From Camelus dromedarius (lineage: Eukaryota): a stretch of 64,000 nucleotides of DNA. The notes beneath the pieces are model-generated. The model was not told the DNA's origin. It searched no databases and saw only the letters and a program-made list of their open reading frames with translations. Location: contig NC_087437.1 of assembly GCF_036321535.1 (NCBI RefSeq), positions 34,040,001 through 34,104,000 on the forward strand, written 5' to 3'. Shown here in pieces: positions 63,365-64,000 of this stretch. Position 1 is the first letter of the stretch, and every line of letters starts with the position of its first letter. Made by a program: the position numbers and the translations under genes.

Positions 63365-63600
63365 TGTGTAGTGGCTTCAAGTGCAGCCAGTGCACATAGC
63401 TGCCTGGGTTCAAGGACCTACTCCCCCCTAAGAGGCTGAGCGAGCCTGCACCAGCTCATTAGCCCCCTGTGCCTCCCTCTTTTTCTGGAAAAGAGGGATA
63501 GTCACACCCCTCCCTCTTGGCTTGTTTTAAGAACTAAAGGATATAATGTGTGTAGCACACTTAGGACCATGCCTGACACATTGTTGATGTTCTTAAAGGT
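63365..63600 (+). mobile_element. MIR SINE
   Basis: gtgtagtggct...gcctgggttcaa...tgtgcctc...gcacacttaggaccatgcctgacaca. Confidence 0.65.
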
Positions 63601-64000
63601 TAGTTGTTCTTCTATTTATTGTTATATAATTTACTAGCCAGATAAATCAGCATCTCCTAACCGCTGGTCCAGGGAACTCAAAGAGGCCACAAAAACCTGC
63701 CACTAAATGGACTTAATTTTTAAGACAGAAAACTCTCATGACTCTTAATCAATCAGGTAATTTACACATAAGTCAATGTATTCAATGTAATTTATGTTTT
63801 AAGGATAAAACAAAGGAACAGTGATTATTCAAATGTTTTATTCTTTGTGTTGAAAATTTTAATAAGAGTATAGTCTTTCAAAGATTTAACAGTCTGTGGA
63901 GGAGAATTTTCATATTTTAGCCATCCACGCTGAGCCAGTGTTGAGATGTAGGGCTAGAAGAATAAGCACTTGGAGAGAGCCTGCTGCAGTCTTTAATTCC

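Noticed and set aside
40770..64000. Exons of IL12A or an IL12A-antisense lncRNA
   Set aside because: No IL12A-like coding sequence seen; lncRNA exons cannot be supported from sequence alone.
1..64000. CRISPR arrays, operons or prokaryotic defence systems
   Set aside because: Mammalian intron/exon DNA; no regularly spaced repeat-spacer array is present.

Overview
Mammalian genomic DNA, most likely a camelid, judged from the tRNA-derived SINE type and L1 3' ends (inference). The window holds the 3' half of SCHIP1 (also the shared 3' part of IQCJ-SCHIP1) on the + strand. Six GT-AG coding exons (13763-13881, 31387-31504, 32588-32785, 33691-33814, 36260-36353, 40117-40168) splice in frame to a 234-aa C-terminal region (AQKNERES...AEKMPAK*), followed by a ~0.6 kb 3' UTR with two AATAAA signals. 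The remainder is intron and ~23 kb of downstream intergenic DNA rich in repeats (L1, L2, MIR, hAT and Tigger DNA elements, MaLR and ERV1 LTRs, young SINEs). Best second-look items: (1) a full-length, decayed RPSA processed pseudogene (55156-56150, - strand) inserted into a MIR and apparently diverged with an AT->GC bias; (2) a twin-primed, 5'-inverted L1 with a 17-bp TSD nested in a hAT-Charlie transposon; (3) a dense GAS/ETS/IRF/kB/octamer motif cluster at 47.66-47.91 kb; (4) three AP-1 sites in 47 bp inside a SCHIP1 intron; (5) a candidate alternative first coding exon at 439-489; (6) a candidate alternative terminal-exon acceptor. I found no evidence of a wholly new multi-gene system; nearly all ORF-track entries are spurious. 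Repeat family names are from recalled consensus sequences and their boundaries are approximate.
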